Of a stretch of DNA of 64,000 bases, positions 1 through 14,400 are shown one piece after another. Position 1 is the stretch's first letter; every line of letters begins with the position of its first letter. The notes under the pieces are model-generated. The model was not told the origin of the DNA. It did not search any database and saw only the letters and a program-made list of their open reading frames with translations. The position numbers were made by a program, and so were the translations under genes. The stretch comes from Klebsormidium nitens (Eukaryota > Plantae > Klebsormidiophyceae): NCBI GenBank assembly GCA_000708835.1, contig DF237447.1:1-64000 (forward strand), in the 5' to 3' direction.

Positions 1-3000
1 TTTATCCGATGGAGGTCAAAGAGCAAGCATGGCAGTCGAGAGAGGTCCTTTGGAGGGACGTCTGCAAGAATGTATATACGAGGAATGTACCACCCCGCCG
101 GCGACTGCGGCGAAGTTAGAAAGTCGGCCAGGCCGGGGATGTTGAGTCTGACGACACTCTAGAACTGGACTTCAGCTGTCTTTGTGCAATATACAGCCAG
201 GTCCGAGCGGGAATGGAGCGGATCCCAGGACATCAGACCGCCGAGACAAGACAGGATTCAAAGCGGTTTGCCGGACTGCGTGATGAGTACCCCCCGCGCA
301 CAGCTCCGAGAACGAACGGACCGTCGCTCGGTCTCATTGTAAGATAAGAACGAAGACTTAATTGGATCAAAGTGAGGTGGCTTTAATGATCCGATATGGT
401 GCAGACGCCAATTACTTCCGGCAGGGACTGCTGGACTGACGCAAGACAAACGAGAGGGACCTGCTCCTATTTGGGCCGTTTCGAAGCTTGGAGAAGCGGA
501 GAGTCTTACGCCTCGATCACATTAGACCTGTGCCCAACAAAGAAGTCCAAATACACCCTGACAGCCCAAACATATACAAACAACAATGTGTCCAACAAAC
601 TCATCTGATAAAGATCGATCAGACACGCTTCCTTCTGTCATTAAACACACGAGTGTGTTTTGATTGCAGCAACTCTCATCATGAAAAGAGCCATTAGAGA
701 CGCTTCGACTCGTCGTGACAGAGGTAACGAAGCTCCATCACTTGTGCAACGCTTGTTTTCTTCATCCGCTCTCTATCAGTTCTGGACAAAACGCGCTGGA
801 CTGTTAGCAAGGGAAAGCCGCCTCTTCTATGTTTTGCTTCAGGTTTCCGAAGACGAACAGCCATTTTGGCTACTGGTCTTTGGGCTGAATATATTTCATC
901 GTGCCTCTTTTAGTTGACGGCCGACGTGCGTGTGACCTTCAGCGACGGAGCGAGCCGCCTTCTTTACGTCTGGCTTCAGAGCCGGAGTTGCGCAAGCCAA
1001 AACGTCAGCTAGCTGGCGACTTCCTCAAGTGGGCTGATTGGTGAAACTAGTAAGGGCGTTCATTTTTACGTTTGTCTACATGTTGAAGCATTGAACACGA
1101 GAGTTTCCTGAAGTAACAAGTCTTGTAGCTAGAGTTCAACCGCGTAGCACATGGTGAACAGTATTTCAAGCAGCCTTCCTGACAAGGAGACGGCCCGTCC
1201 GAAGAATATTGAAGAAAGGTACAGATCGATCATATTGAACTCCTGGCGGCTCTGGATCCCAAGCAAGTACTGCAAGTTGGGCACGCATCTACGCGGCCAA
1301 CAACACCCGCGTATCGTCACAGCCCAACGGCAAACGTTCCTCGAGCGCCCACGTACGGCCAGGTCACATGAACAAGAGGGCAATCGAACTTAGAAAGTGT
1401 TCAGATAATTGACACAATATGGTTGGTTGAAGGGGCAGCTGAGAAAGGTCAGGATATAAGATGCACAAAAGCTCCGTGGCGTGCCTGTGCTGGATGCCGC
1501 AATAGCAACTGGATCCCAATCGCAACACGCACGGCACAGAAAATTCTACGAGACGTTTGCCTTAAGGGGCAAAGCTAGCTGATATTCATTTCTCTCTGAT
1601 TTGCACAGGGAACCTTGGTTGGCCTTCCAAAGCCTGCATACATTGAACGCGCGCACTGGGGTTGTTGATAGGGTTACGTCTGACGGAAGCGGAAGGATCT
1701 AAAGTTTATTTGGGCCACTCCTCGTGTATAACTCTCTAAGGTGAAAGAGTAGTAGCTCCTCCTTTGCAGCTTCAGTGTCCTGAGAACACCCGTGAAAACT
1801 TTGAGCAAAGAAGCTCATAATCACATGAGTCTACTCACGGCCGTCCGGTCCTTAGTGAGGTGCGGACAGCCGCTGATGTCTTTCTGAAACGGTTGTACAA
1901 GCTCATGCAGGGACACGATATCAGAAAGAGAGAGCGAAGGCAAGAGCGCTTCGCGGACAAGACTTGCATTCTGGTAAGCCCGAGGTCCTCATGACGTCAC
2001 AATTAGTACTGATTATCGGCTCGCGGTCGGGCGCGAGGTCCTTTCCATCAACTTGACCGTATGATTTCGAGAACTAGCATGCACAAAGAAAAACCGACCC
2101 TTTTGAAGCGCATTGATCCTTCTCGGAGCGGAGGCAAGAAACCATTTACGAGAGAGTCTCATGTCGTCATGTCAGGCATACGTTTCTTCCAAACAGGCGG
2201 CATCAACGGTTGGTGTCGCACCAGCGAGACTGAGCCTGAGCCTGGAAGCTCAAGACGTGATCTTCTTTCCCTGTCGCCAGAGAAAGATTGCACACACTGT
2301 TTATCCGCTGCTTCAAGACCCGAGTAGTCACTACAAAAAGGCCACCCAACTTTGCGCAGCCGCATATCAAATGCTTTTCCAAGAGAGGGCCTCGTACGAG
2401 CCCTCCACGAGGCGGGCCTTCCATGTAATACAAAGTCCAAACGCAACTCGAGCACACAGTCCCGTATTTCAAAGTTGGATCTTGTGTGGGCTTGTGCGAC
2501 CATAATTGCCCAGGTTGGTCAGTGAAAACAAGCTCCCGTCAGCTGCTTATTTGGGCTAGACTGAAAACTTGTTTTCCATCAAAGCCCGAAGAGAAGAATC
2601 GAGGAGGTATCTTGGGCCTGAATCTCAATCTCTGGCGTCAGGTTTATGGCAAGCAGCGGTTGATACCGAGCAAACTCAAGATCGCCATTCCTTGCCAGGG
2701 ACAAGACAGAACTGACGATGACTGAGCATGCCGGACGCAAAATGGGAGCATCTTTTTGTGCTTGAGGTTCCCCATACGACCATACCCAATCGCCATACGG
2801 TCTTGCAATCGTTCAAGTTGTGGAACTCGAGATTCCTTCGTACTCGCAGCTTCAGAAGACGCTACTACCAAGTGCCGTAGATTAGACGTCAAGTCAAGGG
2901 CTGGGTCTTCATCGCTGCATCTTACGTGCATGTACCTGATCGATCGCTCAAGTACCGCTGTACTACCTAACTGAACGATTCGCCAGAGAAACTTTCAGGT

Positions 3001-6000
3001 GCTTATCCCGGAATGAGACTGAAAGAATCACGTTCCAGAATCGCGTCTTCATCGCACAACAGCCGCGGACCGGGAGCAGACTTCAACAGGACAACCACCG
3101 CCTCATTCTCACTGGATCGCCCTCGGCTTATACGACTTACGGAGGGGGATCCCCCCTCGGGCGATATTCTCACGGAGGTCGCCACTGAGGGCCCGCCGAT
3201 TCACTTGGGACTTACGAGAATATTTGCAGCTTTACTCAAGCATGCAGTGGTGCAAGTGAACTTGGTCGTAGTAATTGCTACATCATGCTCGGGGTTATAT
3301 ATGAAGGCAGTCCCAATGTCTTCGCACACTACTCACCAGAATGCAGGACAAAAAGAATACGCCATGCATGCTCCGCGATGGCTTTAATAGACCAGTCGAA
3401 AACAACTTGAAAGCGGAGGCATCGTTTGGAATCATGCAAGCCACCGCAATCTAAGAAGAGTGATGCCGCACCACAATGACGATGACATGCGAGCCAGAAC
3501 CCAATATGCATATTTGACGGCAGGCTCATTCCAGCGGGCTTCAGTACCAATGACCTGGAAATTTCACTGGGTTTGACAAGCCCAACTTGTCAACACGTCC
3601 TGGCCCGCAACTGCCCGCAACTAACAAACATACGACTGAAGGGACTGACTAGAAATAGGCTTCCGCTGGACGCATCCCCAAGTGCTCGTCAGTCAGTATC
3701 GACCACGTGGGGGCATCGTAAAGCCCCTCAGATCATGCCCACTTCTGCACTTCTTGTTAATGCTTGAGAGGATTGAATGCAACACCACTGATGCAAGAAA
3801 GTGCTGTGCACGCCTGTAGCGGCCCTCAATTTTGTCGCACACTCCATTTACGAAAAATTAGCGGTTAATCCTTGCCACGTCACCGCAAGACAACAAAGCC
3901 GCCTCACAAAATTGAGTGAGAAAACCCAATTTCTTTCTTGCAGATTTGGCAAAACCGACACGCGAAGCGGCACGATCAAGCGGCAGCTACATCGTGCCGC
4001 CGGAAAGGTACGAACCGGCAGATACTTCAATCCCTTGTGACTCCAAACTCCATCTCGGCGTTCTGGGTACTAATCTATCAAAAGGGGCACGAGAAGAGAG
4101 GACACGGTTGTAGGAAGGCAGCCAGAAAGGGGTTAGCCAGCCAGGCCGTAAGTAGGCGCCAACCGCCCACAAGTAGGAACGTTCTCATGTTGCTGGCAAC
4201 TCTGGAGAAGCTACTTCTCCGGATTTAGGCAAGATTGGACAAACTTGCGGTCGAAGAAAGTCGGGGCAAGCGCCCCTTCGATCAGTCTTCATCTTTACCG
4301 CTCCATGATAATGTAGAACCCAGAAAAGCGTTGCCGCAAGATTGTAGCATGCACGCATCCGGCATTTTAGAGCAGGGGAAGACTTATGATCGATTGGCCT
4401 GAAATGGCCTTAGCATAAGTGAAACCGGCTTTCAAGCCAGAACTCGAATGAATGTGTGTGGGAAGCGTTTTGGTGGGCCCCTCGGATCAAGTCACAGCAC
4501 AAGTATGGGCACCCGAAAATGTCGCACGTCCTGGCCCGCGGTAAGATCAGGAGCTCCAATATGGAAAGTTGGGAGTGCGTCGAAACAAAAGAACGGTTAC
4601 CAGTGCTTAGCTTCCAATAGCGGCTTTAGTAGTTAAGACTTGCGCAGGGGTTGAAGCAGCCCAGGAGACTACTTGTCCTCGCTGATCGAACAGAGAATTG
4701 ATACGGACTTGCAGCATAATCTCATTCTGCCCTCCCCTGTGCAAGCTTCGAGTCGACAGCATTGGATACGTAACCACTGACAGATCTTTTGATACAAAAA
4801 ACTACGTACTCCGTTATTGTTGCTAGATGTATCTAAGAGGAGAATGAAACATTTTCAGTAAATATAGACGTATTGATCGAGAGGCGCCCGTTTAAAGCAA
4901 GGGATGTTTCATCAAACAGCAATATGGTAGATACAAAAGCAGTAACAGATCACAGATGCACTTCGCCTCGCCGGGTCCCCAGCTCGCGCCCTAATCAGAA
5001 TGTACTCGTCTTGCGATGACCATGGAACCTTTGTACATGATTATTTTCTCGTGCATTAACGTGCAAGGATCGATTTACTTTCGAACGGAACCTTTAAACC
5101 AAACTTGAACTTATTATAACTGTATAGGCAGCCAATTGCTTTCAGAGGCGTAGATAGACTGTAAATCACGTCAAAGTACGAGGGGCCGCGAGCTAGCTGT
5201 CTACTAGACCGGTGAGCAGATGACGATCAATATTCTGCGGCATCAAGGTGTATGTTCTGGCGTTCTGAGGCCGCAACAAACCCCTCTCAAAACATGGATC
5301 AATCTTTGCCACATCAATACGGAGTCGCGCTCCAGTGCGAATGCGGTTGCTAGTAGGCAATTTCCCCTTCCGAGTTCTAGCAAGGCAAATTGAAAAGGAC
5401 GGCTAGACGTATCAGAAAGTATGCTGAAACTATCATGGATCTTGGGCAGTCCCATGCCGGCATACGGTCATTCCGTACAATTAGAGAATCGAGGCTGCTT
5501 TCGAAAGCTCCCTACCTGGCACAAATGCACATGTGGTGCTAGTTGACGGATAAGCAGGAAGGGTTCACCTATACAGTCAAGCTGTAGCGTGATCGATGGC
5601 AGAGAATGCTTTCGGAGCTTGGAGAGGTTAAAGGGTTTGGTTTGAAAAAAACCTGAACCTGCACAAAAGGTTGGACTTGTGTGCTCCGGCACAATCTTAC
5701 CGTCTCATTTTGCTTCCAGCCAAACGCTTGCCCCTGTGCCATGTCAATTCTGAGTCGCCTAGGTCCCATCTTCTGGGAGCTACTTGCACCACGCAAGCAT
5801 GCGAGGGCCACAAAGAGAGTCACCAGGAAAAGGCAAGAACCACAACGGACGCCCTCTTGTATTTACTATGTAAGACCCGGACGTGCTATGAGAGGATTAT
5901 GAGTTCAACGGCCGGCATAACATAGCGGTCGAGCGACATGTTAGGCAGTGTTTCGTGTCGCCTCAGCTAGCAGCATGCCAGGGAGCTAAGCCAATAGGGC

Positions 6001-9000
6001 AGATTGGTAAGAGACGTCTCAAAGAAGGCAGGTGCAAAAAAACTGCTCACGAAACAGGTGACGTCATTCTTTCGAGAATGCGGCAGCATATGCAGTTTAG
6101 TGAGTTTGTGGACTCGGACCGCCAACGTGCTCAAGCCTCGACGCTGTCCTAGCTTCTTCTCAAGAGGACCAGAATCCACAAGGCTGATAAAGATTGCAAA
6201 TATTTCGAGCGATCCGATATTATTTTTCCAATCAATGCTATTTCGTACCAAAACTGGCGGCTACGAATTTCCAGAATGGGCGCATTCAGGGCCCAGGTCG
6301 TCAGCTCGTTCTGGCCCGCAATCCAGTCAAACGTTACTGACAACAAGAGTCAGGCCAGGCGACACGGAAATAAGGGCCGCGTACAGGCCACCTGCAGGTC
6401 ACATGAATATGGAGCTTCCCTAGTCAAACTGTTCACTAATCTTTGATCCTGGATTGCAGAGTAAAGATGTAGGGCTAAACATGAAGTCCCATCAAACTTC
6501 ACTCGGCGGTTCCCGGTGCAGACTTGAGGCTGCCCAGTGGAACCCCTTCGCCGGTGTAGCTGATAGGCTCACCTGCCAAAAATCAGAGCTGCCTATCAAC
6601 GAAAGAAGTAACAGAGGCGGACGACCTCCCATCACTTAAAGCGTTGACGCCGCCCATGCAAAGCAGGAACGACTGCACGCCTCTTCCGAATGAAAAGCCG
6701 CACGTGATTGTACTGCGGGCTTGCAAAACGCGCTCAAGGACGGACGATTTTCCCGTGTCATGTTTCCAGCTACCAGACGGCTTCTGAGACCACTGAGGCT
6801 CACAAACCCTGCAGTATGGTAACCACCCAAAGCTAGCAACTCAGGACGTGCAACAGATTCACGATTTGGGCTCTACTAGTGGCCGCTACGAAGAGTTTAG
6901 TCGGGAAAGGCAAGCACCTTTGTCAAGCTGCGGTTTTCGCGTTGGAAAGATCCAAGCTTTATAACAGGCAGTATAATATCCTCGAGGGTCTCGAGGGAAC
7001 AGCTTTGCTATATTTCATAAAACAGAGCCGCTTCTTTCGAAGTGGTGAAAAAGGATACAAGCCCCGGTGTGTTTTCGTGTGGACTTGCAGCTCCGAGTCA
7101 GAGCGAACAGCGCTGTGGATGAGATCGAATCATAAACCTGATCATCATCGCCGCGCTAAGGGTTTGAAAGTGAGTACTAGGTGATACCGCTTGAATGTAC
7201 TCAAGAATCAGCTCCCACGAACGGGGGACCAGGCGGCGCAAAGGACTCGGACCATGGACTCCACATGTGTGCGAGGTTAGGCAAACCCGCCCAGTAGACT
7301 AGAATCTTCTTCTTTATCCTCACAGAGTTGTTAAAGGAAGTCTCTAAATCTCGGCGTGGCCAAATGACATAAAAAACCCCAGCATTGCGAGGAGAAAAAA
7401 GCCTTCGCGAGCTAAACGACGCGAAGGTACGGGTTTATATGAGGTTGATTCGGCCCCTATCCACAGGCAACCACTCGTGTCACCATTAGTGGGAGAGAAG
7501 GTAGCTCCCCTATGACGTCAAACAAGAACTGTGATGAGGGTTGTCAACCCCGAGCTCAGAAGACGATCTTTTCACGGCCAACCGAAGGTAACAGGCTAAA
7601 ATTCTCGTTCGGATCACGCTTCGGAAACGCATTGATCTCAGCCTTCAATCAAAGAAAGGAACTCACGATACGCTGATGCACTAGAATCAGTACCAAAGAG
7701 ACTACTCAGTAAGTACAGGACTCTGAATGACTCGGTGCACAAAGAAGTGGGCTCTTGCAAAAGGAAGAAGGCCGTTGGGCACCATTTGGACGGCCCAACT
7801 TCTCGACACGTCGATCCTGGCCCGCATTCAGACAAATCAGGAAGGTTACAAGATGGGCAGAATTGGTGGACACAAGTCTTTGGAAGCATCCGCTGGTGTC
7901 AGCTCTCGTCCAAATCAGGATCCGCCATGAAGCCGCCCGATAGACCGCCTCGTCATTGCTGCCGTTTCAGAAAACATCGTAGAAAGCCGTTCATCGAGAA
8001 GTCAGTCACTCTCCAGAAAACACGACTTGATAATCTCGCAAACGCAGCTGGCTAAGCGCAAGTAAAGCGTGACCCAGATGAACAAGTACGTAAAAGTTCA
8101 CCACCCAGTACATGCGATCAAACGACGTACGGTTAAATAATAAAAGGGTTCAGGCAACGATCCTTGGGTTCCGGCTGAACTTGACAGATGCAGTGGTACC
8201 ATGCACAGATGCGCAAAAGCTGGCAGGTATGTTGTCAAGAGTAACTCCCTCATAAAACAACGTCCCGACCCGATTTTGCGCAGGGGTCGAAGATTCAAAG
8301 GGGTGCTATCATGGACACGAAACCAGGAACCTCCCTAGCTGCGCCGAGACCGCAGCCACAATTTGCCTTACTAAGGTAAAAGCGAGCTCCGGGTCAGAGA
8401 GAGAGAAGGTTGGGCTCGTCTTGAATGATTGCCCGTACTACTGTGCACGACGTCCTGGCCCGTCGATTTAAGGGAAGAGCGAGAAACGCGAACTCAGGAT
8501 TGTTTGGAAATTAAACCCGCATCTCCACCTCTTACAAGCAAGAAAAGAAAAAGGCATCGAGCCCCCTGAGGAGGAAAGTTCGGTAAGGTAGGACCCTCGA
8601 CCCAACGTCTCAAGCGTTGATACGCTTATGCGAAGCCCGGAATGAGACAGCAACAACAGCCCTACCAAGCAGAGCACGTCTTTATGAAGTGATCAAAATT
8701 GCCGTTTTTCCGACGCCTGTGCAACTGAGCTCAAAGCAAAAGCGCTGATAGGGACACTTGCAGTTTATCCGGATATTTTTTGTGCACAGCTCCCAAGGTC
8801 CATCGGGCGTTGGCATCAATTACCTACTCGAGTCAGCATTGGAGTTTGAGCGGCACCGACAAGCCCTAGTATGTATGCACGATATTCTCGTCTGGACCGT
8901 CCATGCAGCTTCCGAGTCCGCTCACCGCATAATGCTCATGAGGTAGACCTCATCATCTTGATCGATCGTCATTGCTACTTTTGACGTAAGCTTTTGTAGG

Positions 9001-11479
9001 GTTGATCGATCATCCACTAGAGCCTAGGCGGCGACCAAGCAACGGAACAGGAACGGAAAAACTAGCGCTTAGCCAAAGGGACAGTGAACTGGTGCCTTAC
9101 CTCAAAGGTTGGAGTGCGCTCTCTTGTCAAAATCTGAAATAGGTTACATGACATCTAGGAAGCCCGAACTGATAAGTCAATTTATGCAAGAGCAGCCGGA
9201 GCAACAATGTGCCAATTCTTTGGCCGGCTACGACGCCAAGACGACAAAGCGGTCGACAGGGCCCGACGCACGAAATCCATTTGGGACCAGGAAGGAAAGG
9301 CAAAAAGCATGCGCAGTCACTTGAGAATGATGGAAACGCACAAAAACGAATCGGGATAAGTGTATTGAGCATCACTGGTCGTTTTCCTCGAGGCGCTGGC
9401 TCTCTCCACCACTGACCATGCCGGCCAAGAACAGACGAATTGAAAGACATTTGAACAACGAAAGACAGGAGCAACGTTTTGAAACCGCACGGCGCGCTTT
9501 TCAAAACGACATCTATGCAGGGGAGAGAAGTCATAGGGCTTGTCTTGTGGCAGACAGATGAAAGGCCGAGCTAGAGCGACCTTCAACTTGATCCCGCGCA
9601 AACGGCGAGCGCCTTGGGCAGCTTTTGAGTTAAACTCTGGAGCGGGCAACTTTTCGACAAAGGAATTGCGTAAGGACCGGGCTGGAAGGTAAAGCACATG
9701 GATCCAGCATCCACGAGAAGGAGCTCGAATGACCTCTATGAGCAGAAATTTAATCGCTCAGTAGGTCAACGGTCCGTCATCGCTGCAAGTCTGCGGTACA
9801 AAGAAGTAACCATCAAATTCTTGCGGTTGAAAAGTAAGCAACTTGGCATGGCTGCTGAGAAACGCACCTACCTGTAAGTAGCACGCGTAGACTTAGGGCT
9901 AGCGCTCGAAAGGATGCGCTTGCGGAATTACAAAATGCTTCAGACTCTTGCAAAGCAACGCTGACATGTTCCGTCCTGCCATGATATCAATCACCCCTAT
10001 ATTCAAGTTTGCCCCTAGTATGGCTTCAAACAGAATTTGGAGCCTTTCGTCCTGATGCGCCAGGCCAACTTGAAGTGTCGAAGGTTGCCCACATGAGCGT
10101 CGGTTGCGAACGAAGTCCAAAAGTACGCACGCAAACAGAAAAAGCCATTTTGTGGCAGTTGCATTTGAGACGCAATGGTGATGACGCAATGGCAATGGCA
10201 CGTTCCCAGTGCTCAGGCCTCTAGCTAGCAGAAACTCGACAAGTTGGGTAGATTTCCGTTTGCCCGGTTGGGTCGATGTGAACTACTCATGCCCGACACT
10301 CATGTTGGAAAAATGCGGTCAACCAAGATGGTTGGCGAAGGTGGGCTGGCCGCATCGTCACTTGAGGTACGTGCAAAGAATAACGCCACCCAGTTGACAA
10401 ACAGTATTGCTGCGTAAAAAATGGGTTCATAGTGCAAGCAAGCCCAGGCTTGCAGCGGCCCAACGGAAGACCCCGACTTTGATGGAAAGGTCGAGATTCC
10501 GAACAAATCAAAGTGCACTTACAAGAGAAATAGGTTAAAGTAGGAGTGAAAGCAGGCAGTAGACCGTATCCCAAAAGATATAGCGCGAAAAAGGCAGGAC
10601 CGATGCCCCTGGCCCGCGCTTAGCTAGCCAATATTGCGCAACCTGGACAAAGCAGCCACCAGATTTGATGGTGGACTTTGGCCGGCGATTGTCGAGCCCT
10701 AGACGCCCTTGACAAACAGTGGCCATGTTCTGAGCTTGAAAATGAAATCGGAGATTCAGCGAACCAAAGATATTGATCTTGACTCTCTATCAGATTTGGG
10801 CTGACAGGTACACGAGGGCATGCAGTCCGAGACGAGCTCAGATCGTGTTCTCTGTAAGGTGGCATCAGGAAAACCCGCATCATGGCCGGGAGTCGCTGCG
10901 GTTGTTACCCGAGAATAGAGAAGACAATCGTGTACGACGCCAGGTTCTAGATCTCCCTCTCTGCATGCCCGCATCTACGTCTGTTTACCGTGCTATAGAG
11001 GCTAGTAGCTCGCAAAGGGCCGGGGACGCAACAACTAGAGAAAAGATGCGGTAACAATTTTTGTACGTATGTTGTCGAGAAGGAGCAAATGACAACTTTG
11101 ACTAGACGCCTCAAAGGCGTACACTGTCTGGGAAGTAGGCGTGACGTAAGACAAGCCCCGGTCGCTTTTTTATCCTCAAGCCTGAAAATGAGGCAACATA
11201 CAAAACAACGCTCTGCCTGGTTTTCATTGTTGGGAAGTTGTAGCTTTCCAAGTTGAGCCATCGCCTTAGTGTCAAGCAAACCGGAGGAGCTGATTATCGT
11301 TGCCACGGTTTCGGGCGAGGAAGCCACTAAAATATTTGTTAAGTACCAGCCATTGGGCGATCAGAGCCGGTGATTCACTGCCTTCCTAAAGTTGATAGAT
11401 CGTCATCTCCAAACCAAGAAACAGCACATTTCCACCTTAGTATGTAACAAAGTTTTCGAAAGAAGTTTGAAAGGAGAGC

Positions 11480-14400
11480 CTACAAATGGCATCTGAAAAG
11501 GTAAGGCTCAAGCCTGGGGCAAAAGCCTTCAAATGATGAGACCAAAGACAAAAAGTAGCAGATCAACGAGGCAGCCGGATGGTTACTACGTCTGAAGCGC
11601 TTCTTGACAGCAAAGACACCTTCAACGTCGACTCGACATGCGAGCGTCTTGTCTAGTCATTCGGCATGTAGAAGCTTGGGGTCGGCTCCTTCTAAGAAAC
11701 AGAAACAAACATAGGCGGGTGCTACAAGCCCACGTGTTGCGTCGTCCTGGCCGGCAGAAATGTTTCGAGCTAATTCAGTACATGGCGGCTCTGAAACCAA
11801 AAACACCAAGAATGGGCTTCGGGGAGATTGCCCATGTTCTGGTTTGCATCGTCTTGGCCTGCAGTGGCTTCTGAGGCTACAAAAGCTCAACAAGCTTTTG
11901 CGCCTGTGAAGGAAACTTTGTGGTTTGATCCGTTCAAGAGGATCCGAGAAAGTATAATCGATGCATTGTCAAGCTGCGCATGAACGAGGTGTTAAGGTTC
12001 ACATCAGGCTAGCTGCCTGATGAGGCACGTCAAATGTTCGCAGGCACAAGAGCAAGATGGGGGTTGAAGCTCAGGGGAAAAACGTTTTGGCTTCAATCGC
12101 CGGGAAAGGGCCGAGTGAGCCCAAATGTCTTAAAGGAGCTCTCTCGTTCTGGCCATAAAAGGAGCAGACGAAGGAAGTGCACACCGCGTAAGTGCTCAAA
12201 AGACAATCCAGTCAACGCACACAGAAGGCGGCGATCCAAAACGACAACCAAAAAATGAGACGATCGTAGTTCGACACACCATCAAGTCCTCGAGCAGGAC
12301 AAAATGGGCCAGCTTGGACTCTCAATCGCTCATGACGACTACGTCGTACGCCTAAGATATTCTGTGACTGCTTACAAGGCTGATGTCACGGCCGTATGTG
12401 CCACCGTTTGCATCACGTGCTTTGAAACGCCCAGCGCGTTCACCGTTGTTCTATCCGTTGACGTCACCACTGCGGGTCTTTCTGAGGTACCACTCCGTAA
12501 GGGTCGAAGCCACAGCCGTCGCAGGCCAACGGACGTACGTTGTCCGATTCTAGCAGCAGCTGGATAAGGAACGACGCAACCATGTTCCACCAATCTCAAG
12601 GTCAGTCCGGACGTTCAGAAGATACGTTGCGTTTCGCCAAAACAGCTGGCAGCATAAGCAAGTTCGAAGGCAGTATACTTGGCAGGCCGACCGGTGCCAA
12701 GTCGCTTGTCGCTCAAATCATCCTCGCCGCTAGCTCGGGAGCAAAAACGAGTGAAAGCACCGGATTAACACATTGGTCAACAAACGTCGGAAATAAACTG
12801 AGAGCAGACAACCAGATAAGACAGTGGGGTACGTAGGATCCAAATGGCGGCTTCGATAACCTGGCGCTTACCTGCGAGCTAAGCTCTGTAGATGTGGAGC
12901 TCATCATGGCCACCGGCTAGCAAGCACTACTGTGAATTTGACGTAAAAATCAGATGAAACAGACGTGTACGACGTTAGGTGCCATGCATGCTGAATCTAG
13001 GTCTTGCTTTCCCTGCGTCCAAGGCTAGGCCGTTCAAGAAGCCTAGAAGGGACGCAAAACACTAGGCAAAGGCGTTGCAATGCTTCATATATGTATGCAA
13101 ATCAAGAAGGCCCAAGAACATGAACGGGATCGATGGAGGGGCGTCAGCGGCGTACCTGGTCCGCGATCAGCATGACAGGCCCTAAACCCTTTAGTCCTGG
13201 CCAGTGCAAAATCAGCCATTATCAGACCAAAGAAGATAACAAGGATAACCTTCTGCCTTATTCTCATTGTTGAGAAACTGCAGCTTCAAACAGAAAATCT
13301 CGGGGGTTTGTTCAATCAAATCTAGCCGGCGGCCGGATTTGATCATTGCCACGTTTCGCGCTTCCTGGTAAGTCATGTGATTGGTTTGTCGCGTTCGGCA
13401 AAGATGCGAGGGGCCGGAAGCCTTCAACTGTCACTTCACAAACCGTCAGAGCCGAATGCATCTAAGAATTCAGACAACGGAGGCGGCGTTCCAACTTTGG
13501 CATGTGAGAAGAGGTCCTAAGGGATTCATGCGTACGAAAGAGCGCCCAGAAGCGGCTTGAAAGAAAGACCCTACTGGTCATACACAGAATACGACCAGCC
13601 AAAGAGCGAAGGTCACTAGGACCGGAGAGAAACGCGGTCATAGAGATGTTGATTGTAGTAAGGCGGACTGAATTCTGTCCATTCCAAGCAAAGCTCCTTT
13701 TACGCGACGAAGAAGGAAGAGGGATTCACTGGACGAACTCGAGAGGGTTCTCCGAGCAGGACAGAAGACATTTGTTGAACAACGGAAACCCGTAACGCAA
13801 GACTCTGACCAAGTTGGCAAACGCTCGAGGCAGGGACGAAGCAACTAGACGAGAAGCGGCTGGCATTTGCCCCGCAGCTGGACGGTTTCGTCTGAAGCGC
13901 TTGACAGCAAACACACAGTCGACAAACAAACCAGTTTTTTTTGTCAGTGATTCAGCATGGCAAAAAGCTTTGGGGCCGGTTCTGTGTGGAAACAGCTTTG
14001 GGCCTGGTACGTAATTGCCCGGGTGTTATGTCGTCCTGGCCGACAGAGACTTTAAGGACTATAGAGTATAGGGGCGGCTCTGTAACCAAAAAGCAAACCA
14101 AAAAAATGGGCTTCGGGGGAAATCCGCCCAGTTTCTGGTTTGCATCGTCTTGGCCGGAAGTGAGCTCTTAGTACAAAGCTTCACCAAGCAGCTGAGAAGA
14201 AAATCTTTGTGGTTCGAAAGGATGCGACGAAAGGAATAATTTGACTGTCGATTGCGCATGAACGAGGTAAAAGGTTCGAATGGAGCTACCTGCCCGATTC
14301 CGCAATTTGGTAGTTGGGAAGCGGAGTCAAGGTAGGCCCGTCTAAGATTTGCATCAGAGCAAGATGGACGTCGAAGCTTCGGGAGGGCGTTTGGCTTCAG

